Shown: positions 45,168-55,923, numbered from the stretch's first letter. The stretch is 64,000 bases of DNA from Smithellaceae bacterium (GCA_049514435.1 JBEKVB010000003.1:153848-217847); one strand, 5' to 3'. Notes: a model not told the origin generated them from the sequence alone. Made by a program: numbers and translations.

Positions 45168-46004
45168 ATGCCGCTTTTTGCTTTTCTATTAGTTATTCTG
45201 GCAGCCACTCTTCATGCTCTGTGGAATTTTGCCGCAAAAAAAGCATCCGGCAATCTTAGTGTTATTTGGGTTGGCTTAGTAATCGCTACAGCTGCACTCA
45301 TTCCTTTCCTGTTTCTTCTTTCACCCGAACAGATATTCGTATCGAAAGCATGGCCTTTTGTTCTGGCAACGGGAATAATTCACGCTGTTTATTTTTTCGC
45401 TCTCGCCAAAGCTTACGAGCATGGGGATATTTCTGTCGTCTATCCCATTTCCAGAGGAAGCGGCATAGCCGGTACAGCTATAATAGCGTGTTTATTACTT
45501 CAAGAAGAAATATCATCTGTCGGGACAGTGGGCATTTTATTAATCAGCCTGGGCACACTTTTGCTTGGGCTTACTAATATTCATCAAAAACGCGGCATAT
45601 TCTTTTCTCTATTAGTTGCCATAATGATCATCGGCTACTCGATTGTCGACAAACAGGGAGTCGGCATCATACATCCCCTAGGTTACATATTCGGACTGGT
45701 ATTATTGACAACAATTTTTTTGGCACCTTACATACTGATAAATAAACAGCAAGAATTATTATCGGCCATGAAGAACATGAAAAAATATTCCTTGATCATA
45801 GGACTGGGTTCCGGGGGAACTTACCTCATTATCCTTTTCGTCTTTCAAATGGCCCCGGTCAGTTATGTTGTAGCGGCGAGAGAAGTAGCGGTTGCCTTTG
45901 GAACTTTATTAGGCATCTTATTTCTTAAAGAACAAAGTACAGCTCAAAAAATAATTTGCATCACCGGTATTGTGATAGGTATGCTTTTAATTAAGCTGGC
46001 ATAA
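45168..46004 (+). CDS. EamA/DMT-superfamily transporter
   Basis: About 10 TM helices in two EamA-like halves, 278 aa. Confidence 0.7.
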   Translation: MPLFAFLLVILAATLHALWNFAAKKASGNLSVIWVGLVIATAALIPFLFLLSPEQIFVSKAWPFVLATGIIHAVYFFALAKAYEHGDISVVYPISRGSGIAGTAIIACLLLQEEISSVGTVGILLISLGTLLLGLTNIHQKRGIFFSLLVAIMIIGYSIVDKQGVGIIHPLGYIFGLVLLTTIFLAPYILINKQQELLSAMKNMKKYSLIIGLGSGGTYLIILFVFQMAPVSYVVAAREVAVAFGTLLGILFLKEQSTAQKIICITGIVIGMLLIKLA

Positions 46005-46064
46005 ATTTTATTGCTTATATTATGGAAAACTCAAGTTTTTCAATGAAACATTCCTCATTTTTAA

Positions 46065-46643
46065 TTATACTTTCAGGGATTTAACTAAAAAGCGCCATAG
46101 AGCCTCTCTATGTTCATCTTTCGCGTAGTTTATGCCGATTCTGGGAGTAGTTAAAATTGATTTTGCAGGAATTTTTTTATAATTTTCGACCCATAATTTA
46201 CTGCCCAACGTCAAATCCCAACCATTTAAAGATTTGTCAATGTTTAAGGCCTGACATATTTTTGCCGGTCCATTGGTGAGCTCGGAACCTTTTCGCTTCC
46301 GACGGGCTTCCATTTCCTTTACTCCCATAACAGGCACTATAGCGCGCACAAGTACAGCGCAGGGATTTCCCTCAGCTTCCGTTACCAAATTAAGCATATA
46401 GTGTATCCCATAAGTAAAATACACATAGGCCTGACCAGGCTTACCGAACATAACGACATTGCGCGGTGTTTTACCGCGGTGGGCGTGACAGGCGCTATCG
46501 GTTTCACCGCAGTAAGCTTCGGTTTCCACGATCATCCCGGAAAGCTCAAGACGATTTATTTGGCGCACTAATTTTTTCCCTAAAAGCGCCTTCGCTACTT
46601 CCAGCGTACCGCGCTCATAAAACTTTCTATTCAATATGCTCAT
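46065..46643 (-). CDS. DNA-3-methyladenine glycosylase (Mpg/AAG family)
   Basis: GMIVETEAYCGETDSACHAHRGKTPRN..MFGKPGQAYVYFTYGIHYMLN is the family signature. Confidence 0.9.
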   Translation of the reverse strand: MSILNRKFYERGTLEVAKALLGKKLVRQINRLELSGMIVETEAYCGETDSACHAHRGKTPRNVVMFGKPGQAYVYFTYGIHYMLNLVTEAEGNPCAVLVRAIVPVMGVKEMEARRKRKGSELTNGPAKICQALNIDKSLNGWDLTLGSKLWVENYKKIPAKSILTTPRIGINYAKDEHREALWRFLVKSLKV

Positions 46644-46829
46644 GATTAGTTAAATGGTCGCAAATATTTTCTTGATTGTAAAGACTGAGTCACGGATATG
46701 AACCCCAAAGCAAGCTGCGGTGTATTATATTATAATACCCCCCCCGCTTCGCAGGATTGTTCACCTTACCAATTCCGACGTGTAACCTTTAGGTTATACG
46801 CTTCGCTTTCGGAATTGGAGATTCACGAA

Positions 46830-46876
46830 GAAAAATTAATTTTAAAGCCGCGGCCTTTTTTATTTCGGGCCGCAGC
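46830..46876 (-). terminator. intrinsic terminator downstream of asd
   Basis: Minus strand: GCTGCGGCC - 13-nt loop - GGCCGCGGC followed by TTTAAAATTAATTTTT. Confidence 0.5.
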
Positions 46877-46897
46877 TCTGGTTTTTAACTAATAACT

Positions 46898-47977
46898 TTA
46901 AATCAGCTTGAGATAATTCTTTACGAGATATTCCGCCGTTTGCAGAGCACCCTTAGCCGCACCAAGTTTGGTGTTGTGGGCCAGGCAAACATATTTAATT
47001 CCGTTTTCCATAACCGGATCTTTGCGGATACGTCCGACCGTTACAGTCATGCCACCGCCATTGTCTCTATCCATGCGCGGTTGCGGACGGAAAGGATCGT
47101 CGGTAACATCGATAAGATGAGCCGGTGAGCTGGGCAAGGCGAGTTCGACAAAATCCTTGCCGTAATTCATCATCGCTTTTTTTACTTGCTCCGGCGAACA
47201 AGGTTTTACAGTTTGCACAAAAGCGCAAACCATATGACCGTCGAGCACGGGTACTCGGGTGCAAGTGGCCGTAATACCGAAAGACGCAGGCTGAATGGTT
47301 TCTCCGGTAAACTTACCCAGAATTTTTTGCGGTTCGGTTTCCACTTTCGGTTCTTCACCGACTATATAGGGTACGACGTTCTCGGTCATATCCATAACGG
47401 ATAAACCGGGTGTTCTTCCTGCGCCGGACATGGCCTGCAATGAAGTCATAATTACCTGCTTTACGCCAAACAAGTCTTGTATCGGCTTTAGTGAAACGAC
47501 AAGACCGGCGATGGTGCAATTAGGCTTGGGAGACACAAATCCCTTCCAGCCGCGTTTTTTTTGCTGAACGGCAAGTAAGGCCGCATGCTCCATATTCACA
47601 CCGCCGACGAGTATGGGCGTATCAGATTCATAACGAAACGCCGATGCTGTACTAATAACCGGTGTAAACTTAGCATATTTTGGCTCCAACTCTTTTGCCG
47701 CGGATGCATCCATAGTAGAAAAAATAATATCCACCGAAGCCGGATCAAAATCAGCGGCATCTTCCACGGGAAGTTCGCCTATTTCCCGCGGCAGTTCTTC
47801 CGTACACCACCAGCGCGAAGAACCGTTAGCGTCTTTTAAGGCTTCCCGATAATTTTTCCCGGCAGAACGTTCGGATGCCGCCAGTTTAGTAATCCGGAAC
47901 CAGGGATGACCGGTCAAACTGACTATCGCTTGCTGACCAACAATACCGGTTGCGCCAATAATGGCAATTCTTAACAT
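46898..47977 (-). CDS. asd: aspartate-semialdehyde dehydrogenase
   Basis: IGATGIVGQ Rossmann motif. Active-site NCTIAG. SGAG motif. 359 aa. Confidence 0.9.
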   Translation of the reverse strand: MLRIAIIGATGIVGQQAIVSLTGHPWFRITKLAASERSAGKNYREALKDANGSSRWWCTEELPREIGELPVEDAADFDPASVDIIFSTMDASAAKELEPKYAKFTPVISTASAFRYESDTPILVGGVNMEHAALLAVQQKKRGWKGFVSPKPNCTIAGLVVSLKPIQDLFGVKQVIMTSLQAMSGAGRTPGLSVMDMTENVVPYIVGEEPKVETEPQKILGKFTGETIQPASFGITATCTRVPVLDGHMVCAFVQTVKPCSPEQVKKAMMNYGKDFVELALPSSPAHLIDVTDDPFRPQPRMDRDNGGGMTVTVGRIRKDPVMENGIKYVCLAHNTKLGAAKGALQTAEYLVKNYLKLI

Positions 47978-48006
47978 TATTTGATAACCTCCATATTATT
48001 TTACAT

Positions 48007-48966
48007 TCATTTTTTATCCATGCTTGTTGCCAGGATTTTTCTTATTTTCTTCACATCCGCAGCTATTTGTTTCTTCAACTTTTCGGGACTATCAAATTTT
48101 ATAATATCCCTCAACTTCTCCACAAAATGAATATCTAGTCTTTTCCCTCTCAGGTCACCGGAAAAATCAAGCAAATGAGCCTCAAAAGTAAAAGTATAAT
48201 CGGCAAAAGTCGGCTTCTCACCGATGTTTAAAGCCGACATATAGCTTTTCCCTTCCACATCGGCAAAAGCGGCATATATGCCCGGTGGCGGAAGCAACTC
48301 CTTTTCTGGTTTTAGATTAGCCGTAGGAAAGCCAAGCTCAACACCGCGGCCATGGCCCGTCACCACAATACCGGCGACATTATACCATCTTCCCAGTAAA
48401 TTGGTCACCGTTTTAAAATCACCTTTAATAATAAAATTCCTGATGAGAGTACTGCTAACCACATTTTCTCCCACCTTAAAAGCGTCAATTACCTCAACCG
48501 CAAAACCCAGTTCGCGACCGGCGTTAATCAAATAATCACTGTTGCCTTTTTTCCCCTGACCGAAGGTGTAATCATGGCCGACAATAATCTTTTTTATTGC
48601 CAGCTTTTTATAGAGAAAACCCCGGACAAATTCCTCGGCAGTCATCTGGGAATAATCCCTAGAGAATGGAACTACCAGGATACCGTCAATTCCGCACTTT
48701 TCCAGAATTTCTAGCCTCTCTTCCAGAGTAGTTATAAGATAAAAGGGCCGAATTCCCGGATGGAGTACCATTTTGGGATGCGGATCAAAGGTAATTACCA
48801 GCGATTTTGCCCCAGCATTTCTGGCCTCAGCCGCAAGTTTGCGGCAAATGAACTGGTGGCTTAAATGAACGCCGTCAAAGTTGCCGATAGTGACAAAAGA
48901 GCCGCGAAAGTCATCGGTTATTTTTTCTATTCCATTAAATACAATCATTTTTTTCTTACCACTCAT
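48007..48966 (-). CDS. ribF: bifunctional riboflavin kinase / FMN adenylyltransferase
   Basis: IGNFDGVHLSHQ. GHGRGVELGFPTANL. C-terminal kinase domain. Confidence 0.92.
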   Translation of the reverse strand: MSGKKKMIVFNGIEKITDDFRGSFVTIGNFDGVHLSHQFICRKLAAEARNAGAKSLVITFDPHPKMVLHPGIRPFYLITTLEERLEILEKCGIDGILVVPFSRDYSQMTAEEFVRGFLYKKLAIKKIIVGHDYTFGQGKKGNSDYLINAGRELGFAVEVIDAFKVGENVVSSTLIRNFIIKGDFKTVTNLLGRWYNVAGIVVTGHGRGVELGFPTANLKPEKELLPPPGIYAAFADVEGKSYMSALNIGEKPTFADYTFTFEAHLLDFSGDLRGKRLDIHFVEKLRDIIKFDSPEKLKKQIAADVKKIRKILATSMDKK

Positions 48967-49023
48967 TACTATAATTAGCGCGGTAACATAGCATTTTGGG
49001 AATTAATTTCAAGTCATTTTATC

Positions 49024-49051
49024 TTGACAAGAATGTGTTGATCGGTATAGT
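49024..49051 (+). promoter_or_regulatory. sigma70-type promoter TTGACA-16 nt-TATAGT for tRNA-Leu
   Basis: Read directly. Lies 14 nt upstream of the tRNA 5' end. Confidence 0.5.
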
Positions 49052-49064
49052 GCACTTTTCGCGT

Positions 49065-49151
49065 GCCGAAGTGGCGGAATTGGTAGACGCGCTAGGTTCA
49101 GGGTCTAGTGGGTGTACGCCTGTCCGGGTTCAAATCCCGGCTTCGGCACCA
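49065..49151 (+). tRNA. tRNA-Leu(CAG), 87 nt, long variable arm, encoded CCA
   Basis: GCCGAAGTGGCGGAATTGGTAGACGCGCTAGGTTCAGGGTCTAGTGGGTGTACGCCTGTCCGGGTTCAAATCCCGGCTTCGGCACCA. Acceptor GCCGAAG/CTTCGGC. Anticodon loop TT-CAG-GG. Confidence 0.9.
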
Positions 49152-49257
49152 ATTTTTCTAATATCCCCTATGCCATCAATACATGAGAATTTAACTTGAC
49201 GCTTAAGAACATTTTCCTTATCTTATCCTTACAAAAAAATTACTTCTCCGGAATAAA

Positions 49258-49968
49258 ATGATTGAAAACCTGATTAACAATTTGACATTATATATGCAAG
49301 AATCGGTTCTGTTAGCGTTTCTTGCGGCATATATCGGCGGAGTTCTGATAAGTTTTACGCCTTGCACCTATCCGCTTATTCCAGTAACAGTTGGGTTTAT
49401 CGGAGCACAAGGTTCAACATCCAAACTCCACGGTTTTATTCTTTCGGTTTTTTATGTTGGCGGGCTTGCGCTGACCTATTCCCTTTTAGGAGCTCTGGCC
49501 GCTTTATCCGGTAAACTTTTCGGGCAAATACAGACCACCACCTGGACATATTTCATCATGGCTAACCTTTGCCTTTTTATGGGCTTGGCTATGCTGGATG
49601 TTTTTACAATTTCTTTGCCTATCCCGCAAAAACTCACCAAGTTTTCAGGTAACAAAAAAAACTTCTTCAGCAGTTTTTTAATTGGCGCCATATCCGGTGT
49701 TGTCATTGGCCCCTGCACAGCGCCGGTTTTAGCTGTTTTATTAGGCTATGTCGCCATGCGCAGCAATCTTATACTGGGCATGAGTCTGCTTTTTGTTTTT
49801 GCCTTCGGCATGGGAACGCTGCTGATTATCGCCGGAACATTTGCCGGCCTGATTGCCGCCCTGCCCCGTTCGGGAACTTGGATGACAAAAATAAGTCATG
49901 TCTTCGGTTGGATATTAATTGGCGCAGCCGAATATTTCCTATATACTGCGGGAGCTTTGTCCTTTTAA
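49258..49968 (+). CDS. ccdA: cytochrome c biogenesis / thiol-disulfide electron transporter CcdA (DsbD-core family)
   Basis: Six TM helices. Conserved Cys in FTPCTYPLIP and GPCTAPVL. Confidence 0.85.
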   Translation: MIENLINNLTLYMQESVLLAFLAAYIGGVLISFTPCTYPLIPVTVGFIGAQGSTSKLHGFILSVFYVGGLALTYSLLGALAALSGKLFGQIQTTTWTYFIMANLCLFMGLAMLDVFTISLPIPQKLTKFSGNKKNFFSSFLIGAISGVVIGPCTAPVLAVLLGYVAMRSNLILGMSLLFVFAFGMGTLLIIAGTFAGLIAALPRSGTWMTKISHVFGWILIGAAEYFLYTAGALSF

Positions 49969-49980
49969 AATTACGAGGAT

Positions 49981-50496
49981 TTGATGAATAAAAAAATAAT
50001 TGCATTTTTGATAACTCCACTGGTGCTGATATTCAGCATGGTCACGTTGTCTTTCGGGCAGTTTATTCCTAATGCCCCTTTTAAATCCGAAGAGGTAATT
50101 GCTCCGGATTTTTCTTTAAAAGACCTGCAAGGCAAAACATTCAAATTGAGCAAATATTCCGGCAAACCGGTTTTGTTGTTTTTTGGCGCTACTTGGTGCC
50201 CTTCCTGCCGCGCCGAAATACCTGCCTATAAAAATATCTATGCAACCTATTCGAAAAGCGGGCTGGAAGTCATCTATATAGATATAATGGAACCGGCGGA
50301 GAAAGTGGCGCGTTTTGCCAAGACCAATTCACTCACCTACAAAGTGTTGCTTGATGAAGACGGAAATGTTGCCGATAATTACGGCATTATCGGCGTGCCG
50401 ACATTGATTCTCATCGATAAGCAAGGATATGTCGTTAAAATTAGCCATCGCACAGCGGACTTGCCGCTGAGCAATCTCTTCCCGGCTAAAAAATAG
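49981..50496 (+). CDS. TlpA/ResA-like periplasmic thioredoxin-fold thiol-disulfide oxidoreductase
   Basis: Membrane anchor plus the WCPSC active site. Adjacent to ccdA. Confidence 0.85.
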   Translation: MMNKKIIAFLITPLVLIFSMVTLSFGQFIPNAPFKSEEVIAPDFSLKDLQGKTFKLSKYSGKPVLLFFGATWCPSCRAEIPAYKNIYATYSKSGLEVIYIDIMEPAEKVARFAKTNSLTYKVLLDEDGNVADNYGIIGVPTLILIDKQGYVVKISHRTADLPLSNLFPAKK

Positions 50497-50533
50497 ACTA
50501 TATATCTCTCATTAAAAAAGCAGAGAAGAAAAA

Positions 50534-50746
50534 ATGGCCGATAAAAACTGGCTGCAAAATCTCACTAAATCGGAAAAAGACTCTTGGATCGGCGGTGTTT
50601 GCGGCGGTTTAGGTGAACACACTTCCATCCCTTCCTGGACATGGCGTATACTGTTTTCGCTGCTTTTTATTTTTTACGGTACTGGTTTACTAATTTATAT
50701 TCTGCTTTGGATTTTTGTTCCGCCTCAACCAAAATCGAAGGATTAA
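50534..50746 (+). CDS. PspC-domain membrane protein
   Basis: SWIGGVCGGLGEHTSIPSWTWRILF followed by a TM helix. Confidence 0.75.
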   Translation: MADKNWLQNLTKSEKDSWIGGVCGGLGEHTSIPSWTWRILFSLLFIFYGTGLLIYILLWIFVPPQPKSKD

Positions 50747-50748
50747 CA

Positions 50749-51414
50749 ATGAAGTTAAAGGATGAAATTTATGTCTATGAATGGACAAACAATTTTGATA
50801 ACAACTGCAACAGCTACTATATAGGCGGTAAAGTGCAAGCATTAATTGATCCGGGATTGACCAGTTACCTACCTGACTTACTCAATCAGCTGTCCGCTGA
50901 CGGCATTAAGAAAGAAAATATTCGTTACATTATCAACACTCATTCGCACCCCGACCATCTTCAGGGATCTGAGCTTTTTGATTCGGATACAGTCAAAATC
51001 ACTCTGCACCAGAAAGAACTAGAATTTTTAAAAGGAGTCGGCGGTGAGCTATATGGCCTTTTTGGAATTACCGTTCCCCAGATGCAGATCAATTTCCCGC
51101 TGGAGGAAGGCGATGTAATTTTAGGAGACCAAACATTTAAAATAATACTCGCCCCCGGCCACTCCCCGGGCTCTATCGGCCTTTACTGGCCGGCGCAAAA
51201 AGCTTTATTTTGCGGCGATGTAATTTTCGCGCAAAATGTCGGGCGCACCGATTTTCCCGGAGGCAATGGTTCGCTTTTAAAAAAGAGCATTATTTCTTTT
51301 TCCCAACTCGATCTGGAGTTGCTTTTTCCGGGACACATGGGTATTGTTGAGGGCAGGGAAAAGGTTCAGGACAATTTTAATATCGTTATCCAAAATATTT
51401 TCCCCTATATATGA
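50749..51414 (+). CDS. MBL-fold metallo-hydrolase (start set at MKLKDEIY)
   Basis: HSHPDH motif, later GHSPGS and D...H. The ORF-track N-terminal extension overlaps pspC. Confidence 0.8.
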   Translation: MKLKDEIYVYEWTNNFDNNCNSYYIGGKVQALIDPGLTSYLPDLLNQLSADGIKKENIRYIINTHSHPDHLQGSELFDSDTVKITLHQKELEFLKGVGGELYGLFGITVPQMQINFPLEEGDVILGDQTFKIILAPGHSPGSIGLYWPAQKALFCGDVIFAQNVGRTDFPGGNGSLLKKSIISFSQLDLELLFPGHMGIVEGREKVQDNFNIVIQNIFPYI

Positions 51415-51441
51415 AGCTATTCTTTTATCAGGATAAAAAAA

Positions 51442-53127
51442 ATGGCCAATGAAGTAAATAAAGTAATTTACTCCATGATCGGCGTAAGTAAAATCTATGA
51501 TAAGAAACCGGTGCTGAAAGACATTTATTTGTCTTATTTTTACGGAGCTAAAATCGGCGTTATCGGCTTGAACGGTTCGGGCAAAAGTTCTCTCCTCAAA
51601 ATATTAGCCGGAGTAGATCAGGATTTTCTCGGAAAAACAATTCTTTCCGCAGGTTATACTGTGGGCTATCTGGAACAGGAACCGCGTCTGGATGAAACAA
51701 AAACTGTGCGGCAAATCGTGGAGCAAGGTGTGCAAAGCACCATGGACTTGATCCACGAATATAATAAAATAAATGAACAGTTTGCCGAGCCGATGTCGGA
51801 CGAGGAAATGGCCAAATTATGCGACAGGCAGGCCGCCGTGCAGGAAAAACTCGACGCGCTTGATGCCTGGGATATAGATTCGCGGCTGGAAATGGCCATG
51901 GACGCCCTGCGTTGTCCGCCTGGTGATACGCCTGTTAAAGTCCTTTCCGGAGGAGAAAAGCGCCGGGTTGCTCTTTGCCGGCTTTTACTGCAGAAACCAA
52001 GCATATTGCTTTTGGATGAACCGACCAACCATTTAGATGCCGAATCCGTAGCCTGGCTGGAACAACATTTACAAAAGTACGAGGGGACGGTAATTGCCGT
52101 CACCCATGACCGCTATTTTCTGGATAATGTCGCCGGGTGGATTTTGGAGTTGGACCGCGGACAAGGCATTCCCTGGCAAGGCAACTATTCTTCCTGGCTG
52201 GAACAAAAACAAAACCGGCTGAAGAGTGAAGAAAAGACAGAAGGGGAAAAAATTAAAACTCTAGAACGTGAACTGGAATGGATCAGGATGTCGCCCAAAG
52301 GACGCCATGCCAAATCCAAAGCGCGCATTAACGCTTATGAGGAGTTATTGGGACAAAACCAGGAAAAAGAATCAAAAACGCGAGAAATTTTTATCGCGCC
52401 TGGTCCGCGTTTGGGCGATCTCGTCATTGAGGCGCAAAATGTCAATAAAGCTTACGGCAATAAACTGCTTATGGAAGGCATGACTTTTTCACTGCCCCCG
52501 GGCGGTATTGTCGGGATTATCGGCCCCAACGGTGCCGGCAAAACGACCCTTTTCAAGATGATTACCGAGCAGGAAAAACCAGACGCGGGCAATATCCGAA
52601 TCGGCGATACGGTAAAGCTTGCTTATGTCGACCAGAGCCGCGACGCTCTTGATTCGGATAAAACCATCTGGGAGATGATTTCTGACGGACAAGATATCGT
52701 GGCTATCGGAACCAGACAGGTAAATTCCCGCGCTTATGTTTCGCGATTTAATTTTTCCGGCACCGATCAGCAAAAGAAAGTGGAAACGCTCTCCGGCGGA
52801 GAACGCAACCGCGTCCATCTGGCGCGAATGCTCAAAGAAGGAGCCAACGTGCTTCTGCTTGATGAACCGACCAATGATCTTGACGTTAATACTTTGCGGG
52901 CGTTGGAAGACGCGCTCGAGAATTTTGCCGGCTGTGTTGTGGTCATCAGCCACGACCGCTGGTTTTTAGACAGAATTTGCACGCATATTTTAGCTTTTGA
53001 AGGGGAGAGTAAAACGATCTGGTTTGATGGCAACTATTCCGAATACGAAGTTGACCGCAAAAACCGACTGGGAGCGGCAGCCAATCAACCGCATCGTATA
53101 AAATATCGTCAACTAACCCGCAGATAA
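51442..53127 (+). CDS. ettA: ABC-F translational throttle ATPase EttA
   Basis: Two ABC cassettes (GLNGSGKSS / LSGGEKRRVAL; GPNGAGKTT / LSGGERNRVHL). EttA-like length and N-terminus. Confidence 0.9.
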   Translation: MANEVNKVIYSMIGVSKIYDKKPVLKDIYLSYFYGAKIGVIGLNGSGKSSLLKILAGVDQDFLGKTILSAGYTVGYLEQEPRLDETKTVRQIVEQGVQSTMDLIHEYNKINEQFAEPMSDEEMAKLCDRQAAVQEKLDALDAWDIDSRLEMAMDALRCPPGDTPVKVLSGGEKRRVALCRLLLQKPSILLLDEPTNHLDAESVAWLEQHLQKYEGTVIAVTHDRYFLDNVAGWILELDRGQGIPWQGNYSSWLEQKQNRLKSEEKTEGEKIKTLERELEWIRMSPKGRHAKSKARINAYEELLGQNQEKESKTREIFIAPGPRLGDLVIEAQNVNKAYGNKLLMEGMTFSLPPGGIVGIIGPNGAGKTTLFKMITEQEKPDAGNIRIGDTVKLAYVDQSRDALDSDKTIWEMISDGQDIVAIGTRQVNSRAYVSRFNFSGTDQQKKVETLSGGERNRVHLARMLKEGANVLLLDEPTNDLDVNTLRALEDALENFAGCVVVISHDRWFLDRICTHILAFEGESKTIWFDGNYSEYEVDRKNRLGAAANQPHRIKYRQLTRR

Positions 53128-53179
53128 AAAAGTAAGCGCGAAAGCTTCCAGACAACAGCCCGATGAACCGAATTAAAAT

Positions 53180-53476
53180 CTAATCTGCCGGGATTTTTAT
53201 TTTTCTCAATTCCGGCTGCGGATGTGGCCGGTAGAAGATGGCAATGTTGCCGATAGTTCCGACTAACTCGCTTTTAGTGAACTGAGCGATTTCCGCGGAT
53301 ATTTCTTTTTTGGCTTCTTTGAACTCGCCGAATTTTACTTTAATCAACTCGTGATCATTTAAGGCAACTTCTGTGGAGGCAATCAATTGGCTGTTAATTC
53401 CGTTTTCCCCCACTATCACCAGCGGCTTTAAATGATGCGCTAGAGAGCGTAAATATTTTCTTGTTGAGCCTTTCAT
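53180..53476 (-). CDS. YhbY/CRS1-type RNA-binding protein (start set at MKGSTRKYL)
   Basis: LRSLAHHLKPLVIVGENGINSQLIASTEVALNDHELIKVKF is the CRM-domain signature. Confidence 0.85.
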   Translation of the reverse strand: MKGSTRKYLRSLAHHLKPLVIVGENGINSQLIASTEVALNDHELIKVKFGEFKEAKKEISAEIAQFTKSELVGTIGNIAIFYRPHPQPELRKIKIPAD

Positions 53477-53721
53477 TTTCCAAATTACCTTCTTTGAATT
53501 GCCTTCCTTCTTGAACATGTACTATCACAACCAAACCGGGCAATAAACATTTATCACAAAATACCAATGTAATATTTCTTGATTTCGCTATCTTATTTTG
53601 TTTATAACAATACAGCACACATTACAATCAAGTCTGAACTGCCAAGTATTTAACAAATTCAGTCAGTTGTATGTCACGTGAAAAAAAAGATGGAAAGGGT
53701 AAATGAAAAGAAGGTGCACCA

Positions 53722-55923
53722 ATGGAGGAAGTTGGCTTAGTTAATAAAGACGTCAAAGCGAAAATCATATCCCTGACAGAGGCTCAATCAAAAAAATTAT
53801 TAAAAAGTTACGGCGTGCCGGTTGTGGAAGAAACTGTTGCCCTGACTATAGAAGAAGCAGTTTCCCAGGCCAGCATTATCGGCTTTCCTGTTGTCGTAAA
53901 GGGTCTGGGACCGAAACTGACTCACAAGACGGAAAGAGGCCTGGTGAAGTTGAATCTGCACTTAGCCGAGGAAGTGGCGAGCGCCTGTTTGGAAATTCAG
54001 AAATCAGCGGGAGAGGATTTAGAAGGATTCTTATTACAGCCGTTAATTGAAGGAAAAAGGGAATTTGTGGCTGGTCTGTTTCGTGATGGACAGTTCGGAC
54101 CGGTGGTGATGTTTGGATTGGGAGGTGTATTTACCGAGGCGTTAGAAGATGTTGTTTTCCGAATAGCTCCTTTTGGCGAGATTCAAGCCAAAGGCATGAT
54201 GGATGAGCTTTTATCACGGAAATTGCTGGGCGATTTTCGTGGCGAGCATGCCGCCGATGAGCAGCAATTAATCAATGTATTGATGGGATTATCGCGCTTG
54301 GGAATGGAACGTCCCGAAGTGAAAGAAGTCGATATTAATCCTTTATTGATTGCTCCTGATGGCCGTGTGACCGCCGTCGATGCTCTTGTGGTTCTTAATC
54401 AGGAGAATGCTTCGGTTGATAGCAATTTAGAGGAAGAAAGGACGCCCCAGGAAATCAAAGCCATCAATGCCACCCTCGACGCGATGATTCACGCGAAAAG
54501 CATTGCTGTCATCGGCGCGGTGAGACCCCGCACCAGAGGTTTCCGCGGCATGTTCGGCTGCATTAAGGATTTTGGTTTCCCGGGAACACTCTATCCGATA
54601 AATCCGAAGGCCGAAGAAATAGACGGTATCAAGACATATCCCTCTCTTGTTTCATTGCCTAAACCGGTTGATCTGGTTGTTATTGCCGTTCCGGCGCCAT
54701 TTGTGCCCGACGCTCTTAGGGATTGCGTCGCTTCCGGAAGTAAAAATGTCCACATTTTTTCTTCCGGTTTCAAGGAAACGGGCGAAGAAGCAGGTACGAA
54801 GCTCCAGGCAGAAATTGAAAAAATCGCCCAAGAAGGAAAGCTCAATGTCATCGGTCCTAACTGCATGGGATTATATGTCCCCAAATCGCGTATCCTGACC
54901 TGGATTGGAGCTCCCGAAAAAAGCGGTCCTGTTTCTTTTGTCAGTCAAAGCGGAGGACATGCGCAGGATTTTACCAATTACGCCAACGTGCATTTCGGCA
55001 TTTATTTTAATAAGGTCATCAGTTACGGCAATGCCCTGACGCTGGATAGCACCGATTTCCTCGAATATCTGGCCAATGATGACGAGACTAAAATTATTAC
55101 AATGTATCTAGAGGGAGTAAAAAACGGGCGAAAGCTTCTGGAGCTGATTACTAAAATCAATCGAAAAAAACCGGTCATCATTTTGAAAGGCGGTTTGACG
55201 GAATCGGGCGCGAGGGCGGTATCATCCCATACCGGTTCCATGGCCGGAGGCGAGAAGATATGGAATGCCTTTTTCCAACAGAGCGGCGCGGTAAGAGTAA
55301 GTTCGTTGGAGGAAATGGCCGAAGTCACAGAGGCCTTTCTTCATTTAGGTAAGGCTCACGGCCGCCGGGTGGCTGTTATCGGAACCGGCGGAGGCATCGG
55401 TGTTGCCGCGGCGGATAGCTGTGCCCAAGCGGGGTTGGACCTCCCCGTATTGCCGCAGGAAGTCACCCAAAAACTTCGGGAATTCATACCTCCCGCCGGA
55501 AATATGATTCGCAATCCCATTGATGCACACATACTGTTTCTCGATCTGGAGATGCTAGGAAAAACTTTAGCACTACTTTCTTCTAAATACATTGATATGT
55601 TCGTTATTTCCCTCCATCTCGAATGGCTGTATAATTTTGACAACGGTGCCCAAATAAAAAACATTGCTACATACATGGCTCAATCGGCGCGCAAGCATGC
55701 CAACGGAAAGCCGCTTGTGGTTGTCTGGCGGCAATATCAGCCCGATCCGAAATACGCGAAAAAGCGTATGATGCTGGAAAAAATTCTACAGGAAGCAGGC
55801 ATCCCCGTCTATGAAGGCTTACAACGGGCAGTATTTGCATTGGCTAAACTGGCTGAATACCATGAATTTCAAAGAAAGCAGACTGACGATAAGAAAAAAA
55901 GTTGTGCCGAAAAAAAATGTTAG
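53722..55923 (+). CDS. ADP-forming acetyl-CoA synthetase / NDP-forming acyl-CoA synthetase, single polypeptide (ATP-grasp part first, then CoA-binding/ligase part)
   Basis: N-terminal ATP-grasp (LLKSYGVPV...FPVVVKG). Then SIAVIGA...YPINPK...CMGL...SQSGG typical of the alpha subunit. Confidence 0.8.
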   Translation: MEEVGLVNKDVKAKIISLTEAQSKKLLKSYGVPVVEETVALTIEEAVSQASIIGFPVVVKGLGPKLTHKTERGLVKLNLHLAEEVASACLEIQKSAGEDLEGFLLQPLIEGKREFVAGLFRDGQFGPVVMFGLGGVFTEALEDVVFRIAPFGEIQAKGMMDELLSRKLLGDFRGEHAADEQQLINVLMGLSRLGMERPEVKEVDINPLLIAPDGRVTAVDALVVLNQENASVDSNLEEERTPQEIKAINATLDAMIHAKSIAVIGAVRPRTRGFRGMFGCIKDFGFPGTLYPINPKAEEIDGIKTYPSLVSLPKPVDLVVIAVPAPFVPDALRDCVASGSKNVHIFSSGFKETGEEAGTKLQAEIEKIAQEGKLNVIGPNCMGLYVPKSRILTWIGAPEKSGPVSFVSQSGGHAQDFTNYANVHFGIYFNKVISYGNALTLDSTDFLEYLANDDETKIITMYLEGVKNGRKLLELITKINRKKPVIILKGGLTESGARAVSSHTGSMAGGEKIWNAFFQQSGAVRVSSLEEMAEVTEAFLHLGKAHGRRVAVIGTGGGIGVAAADSCAQAGLDLPVLPQEVTQKLREFIPPAGNMIRNPIDAHILFLDLEMLGKTLALLSSKYIDMFVISLHLEWLYNFDNGAQIKNIATYMAQSARKHANGKPLVVVWRQYQPDPKYAKKRMMLEKILQEAGIPVYEGLQRAVFALAKLAEYHEFQRKQTDDKKKSCAEKKC

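Noticed and set aside
48996-49199. 67-aa ORF on the plus strand
   Set aside because: It is simply the translation of tRNA-Leu(CAG) and its flanks.
51666-52953. 145-aa and 154-aa minus-strand ORFs
   Set aside because: Both are antisense shadows inside ettA, whose two ABC cassettes are unambiguous.
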